DNA from: Raillietiella orientalis
Lineage: Eukaryota
Length of the DNA: 64,000 nt
NCBI GenBank assembly: GCA_036172245.1
Contig: JAYWIR010000054.1
Coordinates: 806,001 to 870,000 of the forward strand
Direction of reading: 5' to 3'
Under the pieces are notes generated by a model that saw only the letters and a list, made by a program, of their open reading frames with translations, did not search any database and was not told where the DNA came from. The position numbers and the translations under genes are program-made. Positions 40,401-52,902 of this stretch are shown piece by piece (positions within the stretch are counted from its first letter, which is position 1; each line of letters begins with the position of its first letter).

Positions 40401-40779
40401 TTTGAAACGATGCTCGTGAGTTCGCCTTTGAAATCCAGCAGAACACAAAGATGAATTAAGTCAAACTGAGGTCATTAAGGTGAGGCAAGTCTGCGCGAGG
40501 AGACGTCAGCTTTCCGTCCTTCGAGACCCCCGATCCACCGGGGTGATGGTGGATTCCCGAGTGCGGTTTGCGTGTGAGTGCTCCCGAATCCTTCGAGGGT
40601 ATTTGCCCAATCCGGAGCTCCTTTTCGAAGCTCATCCGACTGGACCTTAATTAACTGGATTTCCTTCCTTCTTAATCCTTCATTAATGAGCGATTCGCGA
40701 AGGATTTCTTGGATTTCGTTGTCCAAGAAATAGCAGAACGCGGTCGTCACGAAGATCCCAAGAGAGAGGAAAGGGAAGA

Positions 40780-41300
40780 AAAACATGTCATCGCAATTCG
40801 CATCTTACAACCGGAAGCTGAAGATCAGATGGTCTCCAACTGAGGAGTTGGCGGCTGATTGACGCTGAGGGTGAAGATTCGCCTCCAGGGCTCTGATGCT
40901 TTAGGAGAGTTGAGATTCCTCTTCAAGAAGCATCCCCTGAGAAGAACATCCGCTTGCATCCAGCCATTCCCTGCATGCCGGGGATTATCCAGCTGCCTGT
41001 TCTTACAACCATCGCCCGAGCGAGCGGAACCTACTATCCTATGAGTAGAAAGTGCAGTATGAGACAGGGCATCCAGCACATATGCTCAGTCGCTGCTCGA
41101 GGAACTCGTCAGAGCATCCCGATTGTGGGCCGTTTGGTAGCCACCAAACGACCCTCTGAACCCACTTCTCTGCATTTAAGGAGGAAGGTTTGCTCTAAAA
41201 TCCAGGTCTTTCGCTGCAGAGGTGCTTATAAACTTCATCATGTGAGCTCAGAGTTTGGTGCATCGGCGCCAATCGCTTCCAAACAAACGACTTCTCAAGC
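40780..41300 (-). mobile_element. RNase H relic of a LINE
   Basis: SSSD*AYVLDAL (~i.SDs.svl.AL) followed by NPRHAGNGWMQADVL (~wvP.H.Gi.gNe.AD.L). Confidence 0.5.
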
Positions 41301-41895
41301 AACAGTTACATCACAGTAAAAGCTAATCCTCTTGAGGAGGTTCCCGAAGAGTTTCACGGACCTTCGACATTGTATGCACGCGTGCCACCATTCTAGGGCA
41401 CAGAATAAAACGGCAGCAGTCATGGGTGGGGTTGCCACCGCATCATAACATCACGTACGAACAAGGGGTAGGTAGATGGAATTTTTTTGTCACTGCTTCT
41501 GCACTGCCATGTGCTCTGCCACGGCCAGAATTCTCCTGGCGCTTGCGCTGCGCCACCTAGCTCACGGAGCCAGGAGATCTCCTGATGCGTTCTTTTTCGA
41601 TGAATCACTTGTTCTGGCGATGACGACAGAAATCCTGGCCGTAATCCGCAACAGTTTTCCTTACGGGAGAAACCCCAGTGGCCTCACATGGATTCTCAAG
41701 TGAAAGAACTAAGCAACATTGCCAGCAGATAACGGCGCAGGTCACTTTTTGATGTACTGATTTATCTTTCAATCCTTTCCTCTCAAGGCCGTCCGATTTC
41801 AAGGCTTACCTCCGATATTTTCTTCCTTTCCATTTGTTTCCCGTCTCTGGCCACCTCACGGGGAAGAAGAGTTGCCGACACGAAGGATGGACAGT

Positions 41896-42640
41896 AACCC
41901 ATGTTGGCGGTTGCATGTCGCGCGTGGTACCAAGCGTTGCGGGTTCGAATCCCGTCCGGAAAAGGATCGATGACAAAAATGCGGAGTAAGCCGTGGGTTT
42001 CGAGTTTCCACCTCAGGATAAGGATGGTTGGCCTCTACGTGGTGGGGCACTTGTGAGAGCCGGAAACAACCTTTGGCATTGCGAGGATCAAGGAGCCGGT
42101 TCTACTCGGGATTCCCTTCCGGTTGTGACAATGGAGTCGTCTTTCCTCCTCGGGGTAGATCCCTCCATCGCGCACCATGGAGCTGGTCGGTATCGTCCTC
42201 GGTATTTGCCTCATCAGGGTGTAAGAAGTGTGCTGTTGCCTTCGGGTTCGGAGAAAATTGTCAGCATTCCTTCGGGGTTCTCTTCAGTGGAGGGAGAAGC
42301 AAGGAGCGGTTTCCTTGAGGGCTCCCACCGAAAGTAGAGGATCCTTTTCGAGTTGCCTTTGGAAAAGAAATGAGAAGTAGTCCCGCCCCAGGAGTCCCTC
42401 TGAAAAAAATAAGAAAGAGAATTCCCTACCAAGAATAAGAGGAACGGACTAATCCCTCCAGAGTCTTCCTGGATTCATGGGATGGTTCCTCCGAGGTCCC
42501 CCCCAACTTGAAGAGTTCGACGCACCCTCGAAAGGAGTGGGCAGTGCTTAAAGAGCGTCGTGAGCCCTCCATGAAGAGGCGAACCGTTCTTCAAGACTTT
42601 GCAAACCAGAAGAAAAAAAAATGGATGGACGAAAATACCA
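41896..42640 (+). mobile_element. tRNA-derived SINE-like element, copy 4 (near full length)
   Basis: T-arm/B-box GCGGG-TTCGAAT-CCCGT at 41939-41955, second module gtgggtttcgagtttccac ~41993, body, A-rich tract ~42610. Confidence 0.7.
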
Positions 42641-42943
42641 TGTCAACCTCGGAGGCTGTTAATGGTAGACAAGTCAGCTGACCGACACAGCTTTGCAGAT
42701 CCCCTGACGGCTGCTCCGTTGTTTCCCACCCGAGTGCGCCGTGGCGTGTATTTCTAAACTATCCGGGAACAGGGCTTTCCGGAAAAAGGACACAGAAAAA
42801 CGAATGGAGGGATCCCCGAAACGCAGGTCAGTAAACCGAAAGTCTGGAACGGGAGGGAGGGGACCACAAATACGCATATAAATGAATATAAATAAAGATA
42901 TGGGGAGGGGATTGGGGTATTTGGTTTCGGCCGTTCCATTCCT

Positions 42944-44310
42944 TCAGAACTGGCTATAGATACCGGCGATCTCTCTCCTTACGCCCTGTGGCAGATGGGC
43001 CCACTCGGCAACCGACGACATGCTTGCGCTGGCTAATCCGGTGGGCTGACGAACGATGGCCAGCTTCTCCAACTCTCGGTGGACCTTGTCGATGGCGCGG
43101 GTGCAACACACGGTTGCAGCGACAGCACCCAAAGACAGACCGTCTGGCGTGAAGAAGCGGCGCATCAAGTCCCTCGCGGTGTCCCCCTGGTGCAGGAGAG
43201 CTGAGGCCAGCCTCCGCCAAAGTCCTTCGAGGGCACCGCAGTCCAGGAGCAGGTGCGGGAGCGTTTCCACTTCCCCGCACCGCTTACAGTTTGGGGAGTC
43301 AACTCCCCCGGAAACACGGTTCGTCCGCTGGTTGGAGTGAAAACCCCAATGCACCAGCAAGATGACGTCCTGCTTCCAAGAAAGGGGGAACACAGAAGTG
43401 TTCAAACAGGTGGGAGGGACCACAAGTTCTTTGGGGGGCACACTCAAGTGTTCACTCCACCGAAGGAGTCCCTTCGAGATGTGGCGAGGCGTGGCGGCGT
43501 CTGTCAGCTCGCAAGTCCTCCAGCCGCCAATGGGTCGTGTTGTTCCTGCGATGGTGCAGGCGACCTCCCATCTCGCCGGTTGGCGACTGTCATCGCTTGG
43601 CTGACAGCGCGTCGGCGAGGGGCATGACGGCCAGGAGAGTCCACTTCTCCTGGCTGTTGCAGACCTCATCCACCGTGCAGCACGGGGAGAGGTGAGCGCA
43701 ATGGAGTTCCAGAAGCGAAACGTCCTGTTGCTTTGCCCAGGCATGCAAGGGTTCCTGCCGCCAGGCTTCAAAGTTCGTTGGGCGGCAGGAGATCCATGCG
43801 TAGGCTACCAGGAGCCGGTAAAGAGGTTTCAAAGGGAAAGCAAAGCTTCTCATGGCTTTCGGAACCCACAAACCCTTCGTACACAGACCCAGGCATCGCC
43901 TCCGGCGTTTGTGGATAGCTCCGTACTGCTCCCTCGAGTAGCAGCAGCGCGCTATATCGCTTTTCCTGCACTGGACTTTCCCAGGAAACGAGCGCTGGAA
44001 CCCCCCGACTGCGCCCGACTAGGGAGGAGAGGAGAGGAGACAGAGCTGTCCGCCTCTGAATTAGCGGCTTTTTCCAGAGAGGTCGGTGCAAACGCCTCGT
44101 CACAGCCGTGCGTCTCCCCTCGGCCGCTCTGGAAGAGCTGCGGCGGCGCCGCTTCGCTGGAGACGACGGCGACCTGACACAGGGAGCACCGTGGCTGCCC
44201 TCTACACGTCGGTTTTTCTCTCTCCAGTCCGATCTCTGAATTCCCTTAGAAAGGTCTTCTACTTTGTATGTCTACCTGTGCAGAGGATAGGCATCCCTGT
44301 GTGACCTCGC
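42944..44310 (-). mobile_element. L1/Tx1-like LINE ORF2 3' relic with zf-RVT zinc knuckle
   Basis: The 275-aa ORF 42944-43771 has CKRCGEVETLPHLLLDC..LW. Upstream frames give LVSWESPVQEK and GMPI...FLREFRDR, as in L1-clade thumbs. Confidence 0.8.
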
Positions 44311-44469
44311 CTTGGGTTGCCTATCCATTTAGTAAAAAGCGATAAACAGAATCCATGTAGGTAGTTAGGGAACCGGAGCGCTCTGGCTTCTCCTCACAGG
44401 GACTACCCTCAATAGGGACAGAACTTATGAGAAAGTAAAAAGAGAATCAATAAATAAATGTGGAAGAGT

Positions 44470-45350
44470 ACAGATTGAGCTCACGACTTATGCTCAACAT
44501 GATCTCCAAGGACCTGCATCAGGCAAGGGAGAGGTGCGGTTGAGTGCGCTCAGTGGATCCAGGTCGGTCTGTCCGCAGTCGTCCGGAGGTTCCTTGATTT
44601 CTTTCCTACCTTCCCTGTGGACAACGTCACCCGCCGTACCTCACTATTCCTTGCTGTACAGGCGACGGCGACCAAAGATGCCTCCCTGAGATGACGGCCA
44701 CATCTATTCCTACATTTTGAGCATCCCCATTGCTTGCGCGTGAAAGAGAATCGCGAGCGAGAAGAAGGACTTAGAAAGAGTGGACACTCCCTTAAGGAGG
44801 TCCTGCGGGGACGTGAAGTGCCTCAGAGATGCGCTCTAATCCCTGACTCAGGCTTGCGCACTGAAGAAACTCGTGAGACAGGGTCCCCACTTTCGTGCAT
44901 TGGGCACCATTCCTTTGGAGCTCTTCTCCGTGGCATAGTGACGTCCCTCATCTTGAGGCACCAGCAAGATGACAGTCTGATCATAGGGACTTAAACACCG
45001 TTCAGGAAGTCCAGGGTCTTCCATTTTTCTCGGAAAATCCCGAGCAGGTCGAAAAATCTTTGCAGTTTTTTTTTGGTGGCTTCACTTGGCAAGCCGTCAC
45101 TTCTCCATTGTGCGACAGGCGTGATCACTCCCGGAAGATCTCCTTGCACCTCTGCAGGATTACTTGACTATTCCACATACGATTGGTGCAGCAGGGCAGG
45201 CATGGCGTTCTAAACAGTCCTGATTTCTCCTGTAGCCCATGGAGGCCGACATGTGCTGCTTATTTTCAACCGGTCATTGTGTAACTAGTTGACCACGCAC
45301 ATTGCACCGTTTCTACCTTGGATTTTTCACTGATGGTCACGAGTGTCAAG
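44470..45350 (-). mobile_element. Degenerate non-LTR RT relic
   Basis: LQRFFD, GPP*GSV, IDVAVI, VTLSTGK and VLGDHVEHK in RT order. Each is weak on its own. Confidence 0.35.
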
Positions 45351-46479
45351 TTCCAAAAAGCTGAAACGCAGAAGTTCTTCTGACCAAAGCGTCAGTACAG
45401 GTGACTTTCATTCCGACGGAGATTTTCCGACTTCTTTTGATGCTCTCATCATGGTGACTGATCAGAACTTTCGCAACTTTCAGTATGTCCGTGTTCCCTC
45501 ATGTCTTCAGGTCCAGCTCAAGGACAACTAAAGCTGAAGATTGTGCTGCTCGTATTCTCTGTTCTTCACTCATGAGAGCTCCGCTGGATCCCAGGAACTT
45601 CCGTTGGATGCTTCCCAGATCAGCTGTAAGTCAGCTGATCACTGTTTCGCGCACGTTTTCGGTGTTGTTGATTCCTCCAGCGAAAACTGCATTCCCTCTC
45701 GTTTCTTTTGACCTCAGTCTTTCCGAACACGATGCTTCTGCTCCAACTCCTTGTTCTGATCGCACGTTTCCCTGAAAGGGGACCTTTTCCTTTCTGCGGA
45801 GCGATGTCTTGCTCCTTGTCTCGTCCTCTAGCTAGAACTGTTTCTCGCACGTCATTCCCGCTTCGTGCTCCCATCCTGCAAAGGCATCGGGTGGTTCATG
45901 CCTGCGGAGGGCGTAAAAGTCACACTAGCTGCATGTGGCTTTGGGGTACGAAGCTGCTGTATGGCTACATTCACACGTACACTGGTACAATCTCGTTTAT
46001 CCCGGTACCAGCAAGCAAGGAGGCCACCCAGACGACTCAAGGAAGATTGGAATATTCCATGATTTTTGCCACCTTCAAGGAAATCTCTTCAGAAAGGATG
46101 TTGTTCAGTAACTTCTTGAATCGCACTTTCCTGACTCCATCTCACAGGCTAAAAACTGGTCCAAAGTTTTGTTTTTTAAGTGCCCAAGATCACACTTCAC
46201 AGTTACACAGCTGTCACCATTCATTCATTCATTTCCTGAATTTTTCTATCATTTAAGGTAGTTGACTTCCAAGCTGTAGGCTGATGACATACGAATTCAT
46301 TTGCCGCTCACGCCTTCCCAGTCGTTCACGATCTCGCCTTGTTGGCGAGAATCGTTTTCGCTTGCTACGGCAGCCCATTCATGAAACCATCAAGGAAATG
46401 GGTAGGAAAGAAAAGAGGGCACAAGACAAGGACAATCAAATTAACAGCTCGCAGCAAAGAATAATCATTCTTTGGAAAT

Positions 46480-46950
46480 CCAGATGTGCACACCCTTCCG
46501 GTTGCTGTCGTTGGCTCGTACAATTACGCCATATAGCGGAGGACATCTTAAATACACACTTCTCTCTGCAGCGTGCACTAGGATTGTCCTGAACGAGCAT
46601 CGCCCAGGGAGAATGGAGCTGCCTGAACGGAACCGAAGACGTGGAACCCATCACGTCATATTTCCAACTACTGGAATGCCACTTAACCATGATCGTGCAA
46701 CGTATCGGCAGGATGTGGGAAGAGCACAGCAAGGTTATCCTTAAATAATGGGAGCTGATGCTTTCCAAACATTTCGTAGCAGGAGTCCACCTCAGGCAGA
46801 GACCGGCTTTGATGCTCCAGGGTGAAAGAACGGTCGTCGTCTTGGATGTGAAGTGCCCATAAGAGCACTTCTCCGAGGTGCTGGATAACGCGAAGCAGGA
46901 GTGAAAGAACCGAGGAGCTTCCCTCCTCTTCCCTAGGGAGATCTGGCTGC
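46480..46950 (+). mobile_element. REL endonuclease relic (NeSL/R2-like)
   Basis: A stop-containing plus frame reads RQRPALMLQGERTVVVLDVKCP*E..EVLDNAK (~RPDlv....vviDVkcPfE) at ~46795-46900, after a decayed knuckle. Confidence 0.65.
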
Positions 46951-47184
46951 AGCGAACGAGGCTCCACTTAGATCCTAGGAGTCGTAGGAGCTGAAGTTGA
47001 ACAATAATGAATTGATAAAGATTAGAGATCCCTCCAAAGCAAGAAGACAGCATGAGAAATGAGATGGACTGCACACGCACTCGGTATTTAAGAGAATGAA
47101 ATGGTTGCTTGGCCCGACGCTTGTTCCAGACGGATCCATCCTTCCTGAAGGATGGATTTCTTAGACGGTGAGCAATAGGCTGAT

Positions 47185-47600
47185 CGGCCCGCATAGGCGA
47201 CCGTTTTGCTACGGTCTCCGCGTGTGGTACCAAGCGTTGGAAGTTCGTATTTCCGAGTGGAGGACCAAAGCCAAGAAATGGATGCGCCGCGGGTCTCGTG
47301 TCCTCCATGCAAACATTACGCTGGTTGGCCTCATCGGGTGCGGCACTGGTGGAAATCGGATGCCCAAGTTGACTGCCCAAGCGGGTATTCAAACTTGACC
47401 TTCCAAACTCCTTCTAAAAATCAAGCAGTTTCCTATGGGATTCCCCTACGGTTGGAACAATGAAGCCATCCACTCCTTTGAGCATGACTCTCAATCGAGT
47501 ACTATGGAGCTCGTTGATACTCCCCCTTCACAGACTGTCTCTCCAGAGTTCAAGAAACGTGCTGTTCCTTTCAGGAAAATTAGGAGCATCCCTTAAGGGA
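47185..47600 (+). mobile_element. tRNA-derived SINE-like element, copy 5 (cut off by the 0.92 kb duplication)
   Basis: ggcccgc...ggtctccgcgtgtggtaccaagcgttgg..gttcg, gacgctggttggcc-like module, start of body. Confidence 0.65.
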
Positions 47601-48545
47601 AGGAATCCAACAGTTAAGCAGAACACAAGCAGGTGGACAGGCAAGAAGAGTGAGGGTGAGGCAGACTCTCGAGTTAAATACATCCAGAACTGCGGCTGAA
47701 GATGCAACTTGGAGCAGGCATGCGAGGAACGCTTCTTGATCAATCCGGAGCGAGGATGCACGCTCTGCAGGCTTCACACGAACGCCCGCAGAAGGCCACT
47801 TGGTCATCCAGGGAAGGCCATGCGTGCGTGGGACAGCACAGCTGGTTGGATCGTTCCGTCCTTGACGGTAGGCGATTTCATGTCTGTCGGCTTGCAGATG
47901 GATTCCCGCAGCGCCGCTCGGCTGCACGCAGTCCGTCCTGGAAGGCCCACCAGGAGCGGTGCCTGCCCTTCTGTGCAAGAGGCGCGTGCTGTACGCGCGG
48001 AGGGAGGCAGTCGACCGCATCTCCCGCCCTTGCCTCCGGAGCGAGAAAAAGGTCAGCGACGAACTGGAAGCGCGGATCAAGAAAGCTGCTTCCCAAAATC
48101 CAGTGCGACTTCTGGCAAGGGAAGAAGAAAGGTGGAGCACAGACTCGGCAGGAGACCAGGGTAGCCGAGGGAAAGCGACAGGAAATGAACCTCAATGAAT
48201 AAATAAATAGGAAGGAACGGGATACGAGCGGCTGGTAACCGTCTTCTGAACCGTGTTTTCGATGCAGCGGTCATCCTTCTTCTTGGAGGTGGGACTGTTT
48301 CGTCATTCACCCCCCTTTGTGCGTTGGCGGCCTCGTGGGCAAGGTCTTCGCGAGTGACGTGAATCGTCGCGGGTTCGGATCCTGCCCGGGAAAAGACTGA
48401 TCTGGGTTTCGAGTTGCTCCTGCAAGGCGACACTGGTTGACCTAGAGGCTTCGGGTGCGATGCCGGTGGAAGCAGCCGGAAATCGGAGACCCCCGCTGAC
48501 TGACCTGGATTCAAAGTCGACCCTCTAGGCTCGTTCCAGGAATCG
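47601..48545 (+). repeat. Inverted duplicate of 23185-24102; includes NeSL-like relic (47610-48190) and SINE head copy 6 (48318-48545)
   Basis: Direct reverse-complement match with only scattered substitutions. Confidence 0.9.
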
Positions 48546-48549
48546 AGGA

Positions 48550-49260
48550 GGCAGTTCACTTTGGGTTCCCTTCCTACTCTGAGAGCCCATTTCAGGACGA
48601 CTGCCTCGTCCAGAGACAAACCAGCGAGCAGGGTGTCAACCAACATAATTCCAGATGAAGCCAAGGGCCGGATTTGTACCTGACGCATCTGCTGAAGCAG
48701 CCGCGTTGTGTTCCCTCCTGGGACACGGACCCCCCCAGCTCAGCAGAGTTCCATGGGGGTCGCTCTCGTGAAATTCTCGACGCGGTTCAGGGAGGAAGGC
48801 GAAACAAAACTTCTGTTTTCGTCCTCATCTTTCGACATCTCAAAGGTGCCCGAAAGTCCCCGCCGCTGGCGCCGCCTAGAAATGATTCGAAGGAATCTTC
48901 ACCCAAAGTGTCACCGTCAAGGAAATGAGAGAAACCATCGAACACATCGCGGCTTGGAAAACTTCTAGATCTTTGTCCGGCAAGGCATGCGATGGGACCG
49001 GGATGGCTTGAAGTCTCTTCCTGCTGGATGTGATCTGCGACACTCCTCTTGAGGACGGGAGAAGCAGTCATCACGCACTCAACGAGTACGCCTCGCGACT
49101 AGGCTTGACCTTTCCGAGGGCAATCGGTGGGCGCGACGGAGACGACGCTGAGCTGCCAGCAGGCAGTTTCCCAACGCGGCGTGGCACAGCGAGTGCCATC
49201 GTTCGGATCCCTAAGTGGAGCGTTGTGTGTGCGTTTCCCTGTTTGCATCTGTTTCAGGAG
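48550..49260 (+). mobile_element. Degenerate non-LTR RT core fragment
   Basis: AEFHGGRS...NKTSVFVLI/FDISK, VRQG, FLLDVI (~FADDv) and LNEYASRLGLTF (~l..ya...GL.iN) in order. Confidence 0.55.
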
Positions 49261-49319
49261 TAAAGTCGCATCCCTACTCATTGTTAGTTTGTTGTCCGGT
49301 CCAGGTTACGAGCCTCATT

Positions 49320-49770
49320 TTTCCTGAAGTACACACATATGAACGTGTACGTGCTTCGCATCTTTGAAAAAGTATGTGCCTCCACATCCGTACATACGTG
49401 TACATGTGGGCCCGCGCACGCACACGTATGCACATGGAAGGAGGAAGTCTTGGTTTGGAACTCCCCTGTCTTAAGGCGTCCTCTTGAGGATTTCCGAGGA
49501 TTTGACTCTGCGCTTAGCAACCGAGCGCGGTCGTGAAGGATGGTAACTGCTGCCGCCTTTTCCAGAATTCTGGTCATCCAATGCACCGGGAAGATGCTCG
49601 CCCATCTGGGATTACTTCTCCTTGGCCTCTTCGCTGACGACACGCTTCTCCTTGAGAGCGGCGGTGACCGTCAAGATGAAGGAAGAGCGTGGGCGTCGTT
49701 CACCGGGAAAGTGGTTGCAAATCTCTCTTTTCCCCTGCACGCGAGGGACATCGGAATGCTCCGGCTGAAG
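49320..49770 (-). repeat. RY-alternating tract (49328-49437) with adjacent weak THAP-like relic
   Basis: The minus strand gives DVP..C/..NHFP...GEHL and shares ggcgagcat.ttc.c.gg-like sequence with ~34259. Confidence 0.3.
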
Positions 49771-50148
49771 ATGAGAACGAGGGAAACTCAGGGCTATCGT
49801 AAAGAAGCTGGTTCCCAGTCAGGTCACTCCCCTTTGAGATTGTTCCGCCTCATTTCCCACCTACTCGTTTATTCCTAGCTCTGTCCCCAGCGAGCAGTTT
49901 TTCGGTCTGTCCCCTTCGTCCCTTTTTCTCCGAAAAGGTTCCTTCTCTGGCCAGATAAATTTTATTTATTTTTATCCTAAGTAAACGACTCAAAGATTTC
50001 TGGGGTGGAAGCAGTGCCATTTCCGTTCCTCTAGCGTCTCATTCTAACCACGTAAGAGAGTCCAGCAATTACGGCACGCAGCGAAACGATTGCTGGATGT
50101 TCCGCTCTTTGAGCTGCCTCTGTTCAGCTTTTCCCATTGACCAAGAAG

Positions 50149-50188
50149 TGACCTCTTTGCGTGCTGTCAACAGCACGCAAAGAGGTCA
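50149..50188. other. Perfect palindrome, 19-bp arms with 2-nt spacer
   Basis: tgacctctttgcgtgctgt-ca-acagcacgcaaagaggtca. Confidence 0.95.
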
Positions 50189-51979
50189 AAAGGTCGCATC
50201 CCTCACCAAGCCTAGGACGACGACGTGTCCAAAACTCATATTCTGATCTGTTCTCAAGAAGTTGCTGCTTCCTCGGTGTAGCCCCGGATTACGGACCTCT
50301 CACCCGTCTGTGCTCTTTTTTCTGATAGACAGTGCAACCCTACTCGTTGGTCATACGCATCCCCTTTGGGTGGAACACCTAGTTACTCTTTCGTGGTTCT
50401 GCGCAGGTCGGTCTATGGATCCATGCAATCCGTTCGACCCTGCAATTTCTATGTCTCTGGCACAGGCAAGGGACTTTGAGCAAGTCACCTTTGAAACATT
50501 CACCCTCGTGGCAAAAGGGCTACCCGCGCCACTTTTGGCGCTGCTTTTGCACGCTTTACTTCCTTCGATGCAGTTGCGGTGCTCTTCGGTTCCCGAAGTC
50601 AGCACGAAACATCACTTGGGAAGGACGCCGAAATTGTTTTTCCCTCTTGTTAGTAGGGTGGTTTTCAAAATTCTAAGATCAATTTTCCTGTGTTGACAGC
50701 GTTTCCTTAGCGGCTGATCGTAAGACATGACGTCACCGCGAAGGTTCCCTTGTTTAATGAGACCACGCTGTCACCTAGTGGGATGAGTTGTTTTTCACCA
50801 AACCAATATTTTGTTATCATCAGTTGTATCAAAGGCAGCCGTCGCCATGGAGATGGCTGCCTTTGGTGAGGGCCGTGTTCTTTGCCGGTTTACTGTCAAC
50901 TGTGTAAACAAAATTCCATTGGGAGATATCAGCTGCTACGTAGACAACGCATGTTTGGTTCCCATAGCAGCACCTTCGAAAGCGGCGCAGAGTCATTGGG
51001 ACATGAGGAAACTCCTCCTCACCAGCCCCTCCGCTCCCACCTTTGACTGCTGTACGCTGGGAACCAGTGACCCAAAGCTGAGGAGCCATCTGAAAACTGG
51101 GAATTCAAGTATCCTCGCGGGCTCTTGGTCAGCGTCCCGGAGAGACATCGACTCTCGTCGGTTCCACAGGCAGCACCGGAAGCGTCCGCGCTCCACGGCA
51201 GGAAGTGGTCTCGAGCTAGGAGACAATCCGCTTGCAGAGTGGCTCCCGAGGCACCGAGGCCACTCACTCAATCGGCACGAACTTCGGGTCGTTCTGAGGG
51301 AGTGTCCCCTGTATGGACACGACCATGACATTGAAAGGAGAGTGAGACGACGGAAGATCAAGCATGCGAAACCGTCTCTACTTTTCGTCTCCAAGAGACG
51401 ACGCCGGCGTCGGCGTCGGAATCAGTACCAAAATCTCTGGGAGCACGACCTGAACAGCGAAGGGGCGCTCAAGGAAATCGGGGTCTCTGGCGCAGAAGAA
51501 AACGGAAAAACAGGTGAGAGGATGGTATGCGCTAAGGAAACTAGCACAGGCGGGGACAAATACCAGAGATGCATTCTGGATCACCTCTCAAAATGGACAG
51601 CCGTCGGAAGATGACCAGGCAGTGGGAATGACGAAGAATCCATATCCAGGGTACCAGGTTTGAGCTGCACCTGCTTTGTCTTTTCGTAGATGCGAATATC
51701 TCAAATTTCCTTCTTCTCGAGCACTTTTCTTACCTGTCTCCCGTAGCGAAATTCTTCTGGACTTTGCTAGCTTTCTTCACGTTCTTACGAGCACCAGACC
51801 AAATGGTTGCTCGGACTACTTCGCACACGAGCTCGACATGTGAATGCAATGCGTGCTGCAACTCGAAGAAACGTGCCATCTCCCCGCTGGACAACTTTCG
51901 CCTCTTCCCATGTGGGAATAAAAGCTTTCCGGTCTTTATGAAATGAAAAGTAACTCAGAGGAATCCAAGCAACGTTTCC

Positions 51980-52700
51980 CCTGGAAGCATTGCTGCAAGA
52001 CTCCAGGATGCGGCCCAGACTGGCCATCCCACCCCATCCTGTAGCGCTGTCCGCCCTCAGGGCAAGAAAACACCGTAGTCAACCGTCAGGGTAGCAATCA
52101 CCCTGCACCGAGAGAATGAACTCCAAGACGGCTAGAGGGTCTCCAAGGAACTTTCGAACGACTGCGGGCAGACTGAACACGCCCACCCACATCTCTTTCT
52201 TTCCTGACGCAGGTCCTTGGAGATCAGGTTGAGTACCTTCAGCTCGGTTCATACCATCCCTCATTTGTTTATCCATCCATTAGGAAAGCTCCTACATGCG
52301 CTGGCATTCCTGCTTTTCTTCTACTCCTCCTCAGCCCTTTCCCCAGAGGGGATGGTCCCTTTCGCGTCGGACCGGCCCAAGTAGGTGCTTCTCTAACATC
52401 ATAAAAATTATGCTTTATTTTTTTCGTTTTTGAACAAATGGTCCAGCAAACTGGAATGAGAGAGTAGCGCCGGAGCTTCCATGCGCATGGCTCAGTAGGA
52501 GCCGTGTGACCCGCGTTCACCTCGAGCCCACTCCTTTGTGACGCGCGGAGAACAAGCAAAGTGGCAGCGTAATGACCTGACCTTCTCTTTGGAGCACCGG
52601 GTCCGGTCGAATGCTAGGGTCCGACCGGAGCTAGTGCTGGGCCGGATTCTGGGGTCCGTCCTGAGCAGCACTCCTTCCCTGGACGTCAAAAAACACCAGT
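51980..52700 (-). mobile_element. L1-like RT core relic
   Basis: SIIFMMLEK (~flDlEKAfD), SFPNGWINK, GVFSLP...LGDPLAVLEFILSV (~QGDPLS..lF.l.v). Confidence 0.55.
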
Positions 52701-52902
52701 ACATCCCACCCGTTCCCTCCCTTCCTCCTTCCTACCCTGTGCCTGTTCTTGCAATGGATGAATCCCCGGAGTACAATCGGAGCTGTCTGCCAAGACGCGA
52801 GGCAGTTTTGGCCTAGATTCCATTGGACCCGATGACTAGGACGACGACATGTCCAAAACTCGTGTTCTGGCCATGCCGTATGCTATAGCTTGCTAAAATA
52901 TT

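Noticed and set aside
41896..41960. Functional tRNA gene
   Set aside because: The T-arm is good but acceptor and anticodon stems do not pair, and the sequence is the head of a diverged interspersed repeat.
42190..42290. Hammerhead ribozyme in the SINE body (rc CTGAAGAG..CGAAG and CTGATGAGG..CCGAGG)
   Set aside because: The required GAAA after stem II is absent, stems I and III are not evident, and the core is not conserved among copies.
46253..46261. R2 28S target-like TTAAGGTAG upstream of a REL relic
   Set aside because: Only 9 nt, with no flanking rDNA similarity (CCAAATGCC does not follow).
46436..47392. 318-aa minus-strand ORF as a gene
   Set aside because: It is antisense to a REL relic and a SINE head, and has no recognisable domain.
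49620..49650. GLFADDTLLL in ORF 49540-49878 as an RT catalytic motif
   Set aside because: The upstream RT relic already has its xADD-equivalent (~49020) and post-motif LNEYASRLGL. This FADD lacks a preceding QG motif and overlaps the opposite-strand THAP-like block, so it is probably chance.
50811..51614. 267-aa ORF as a host gene
   Set aside because: No coherent domain and a non-ATG start. Only a VLRECPLY knuckle-like remnant suggests LINE debris.
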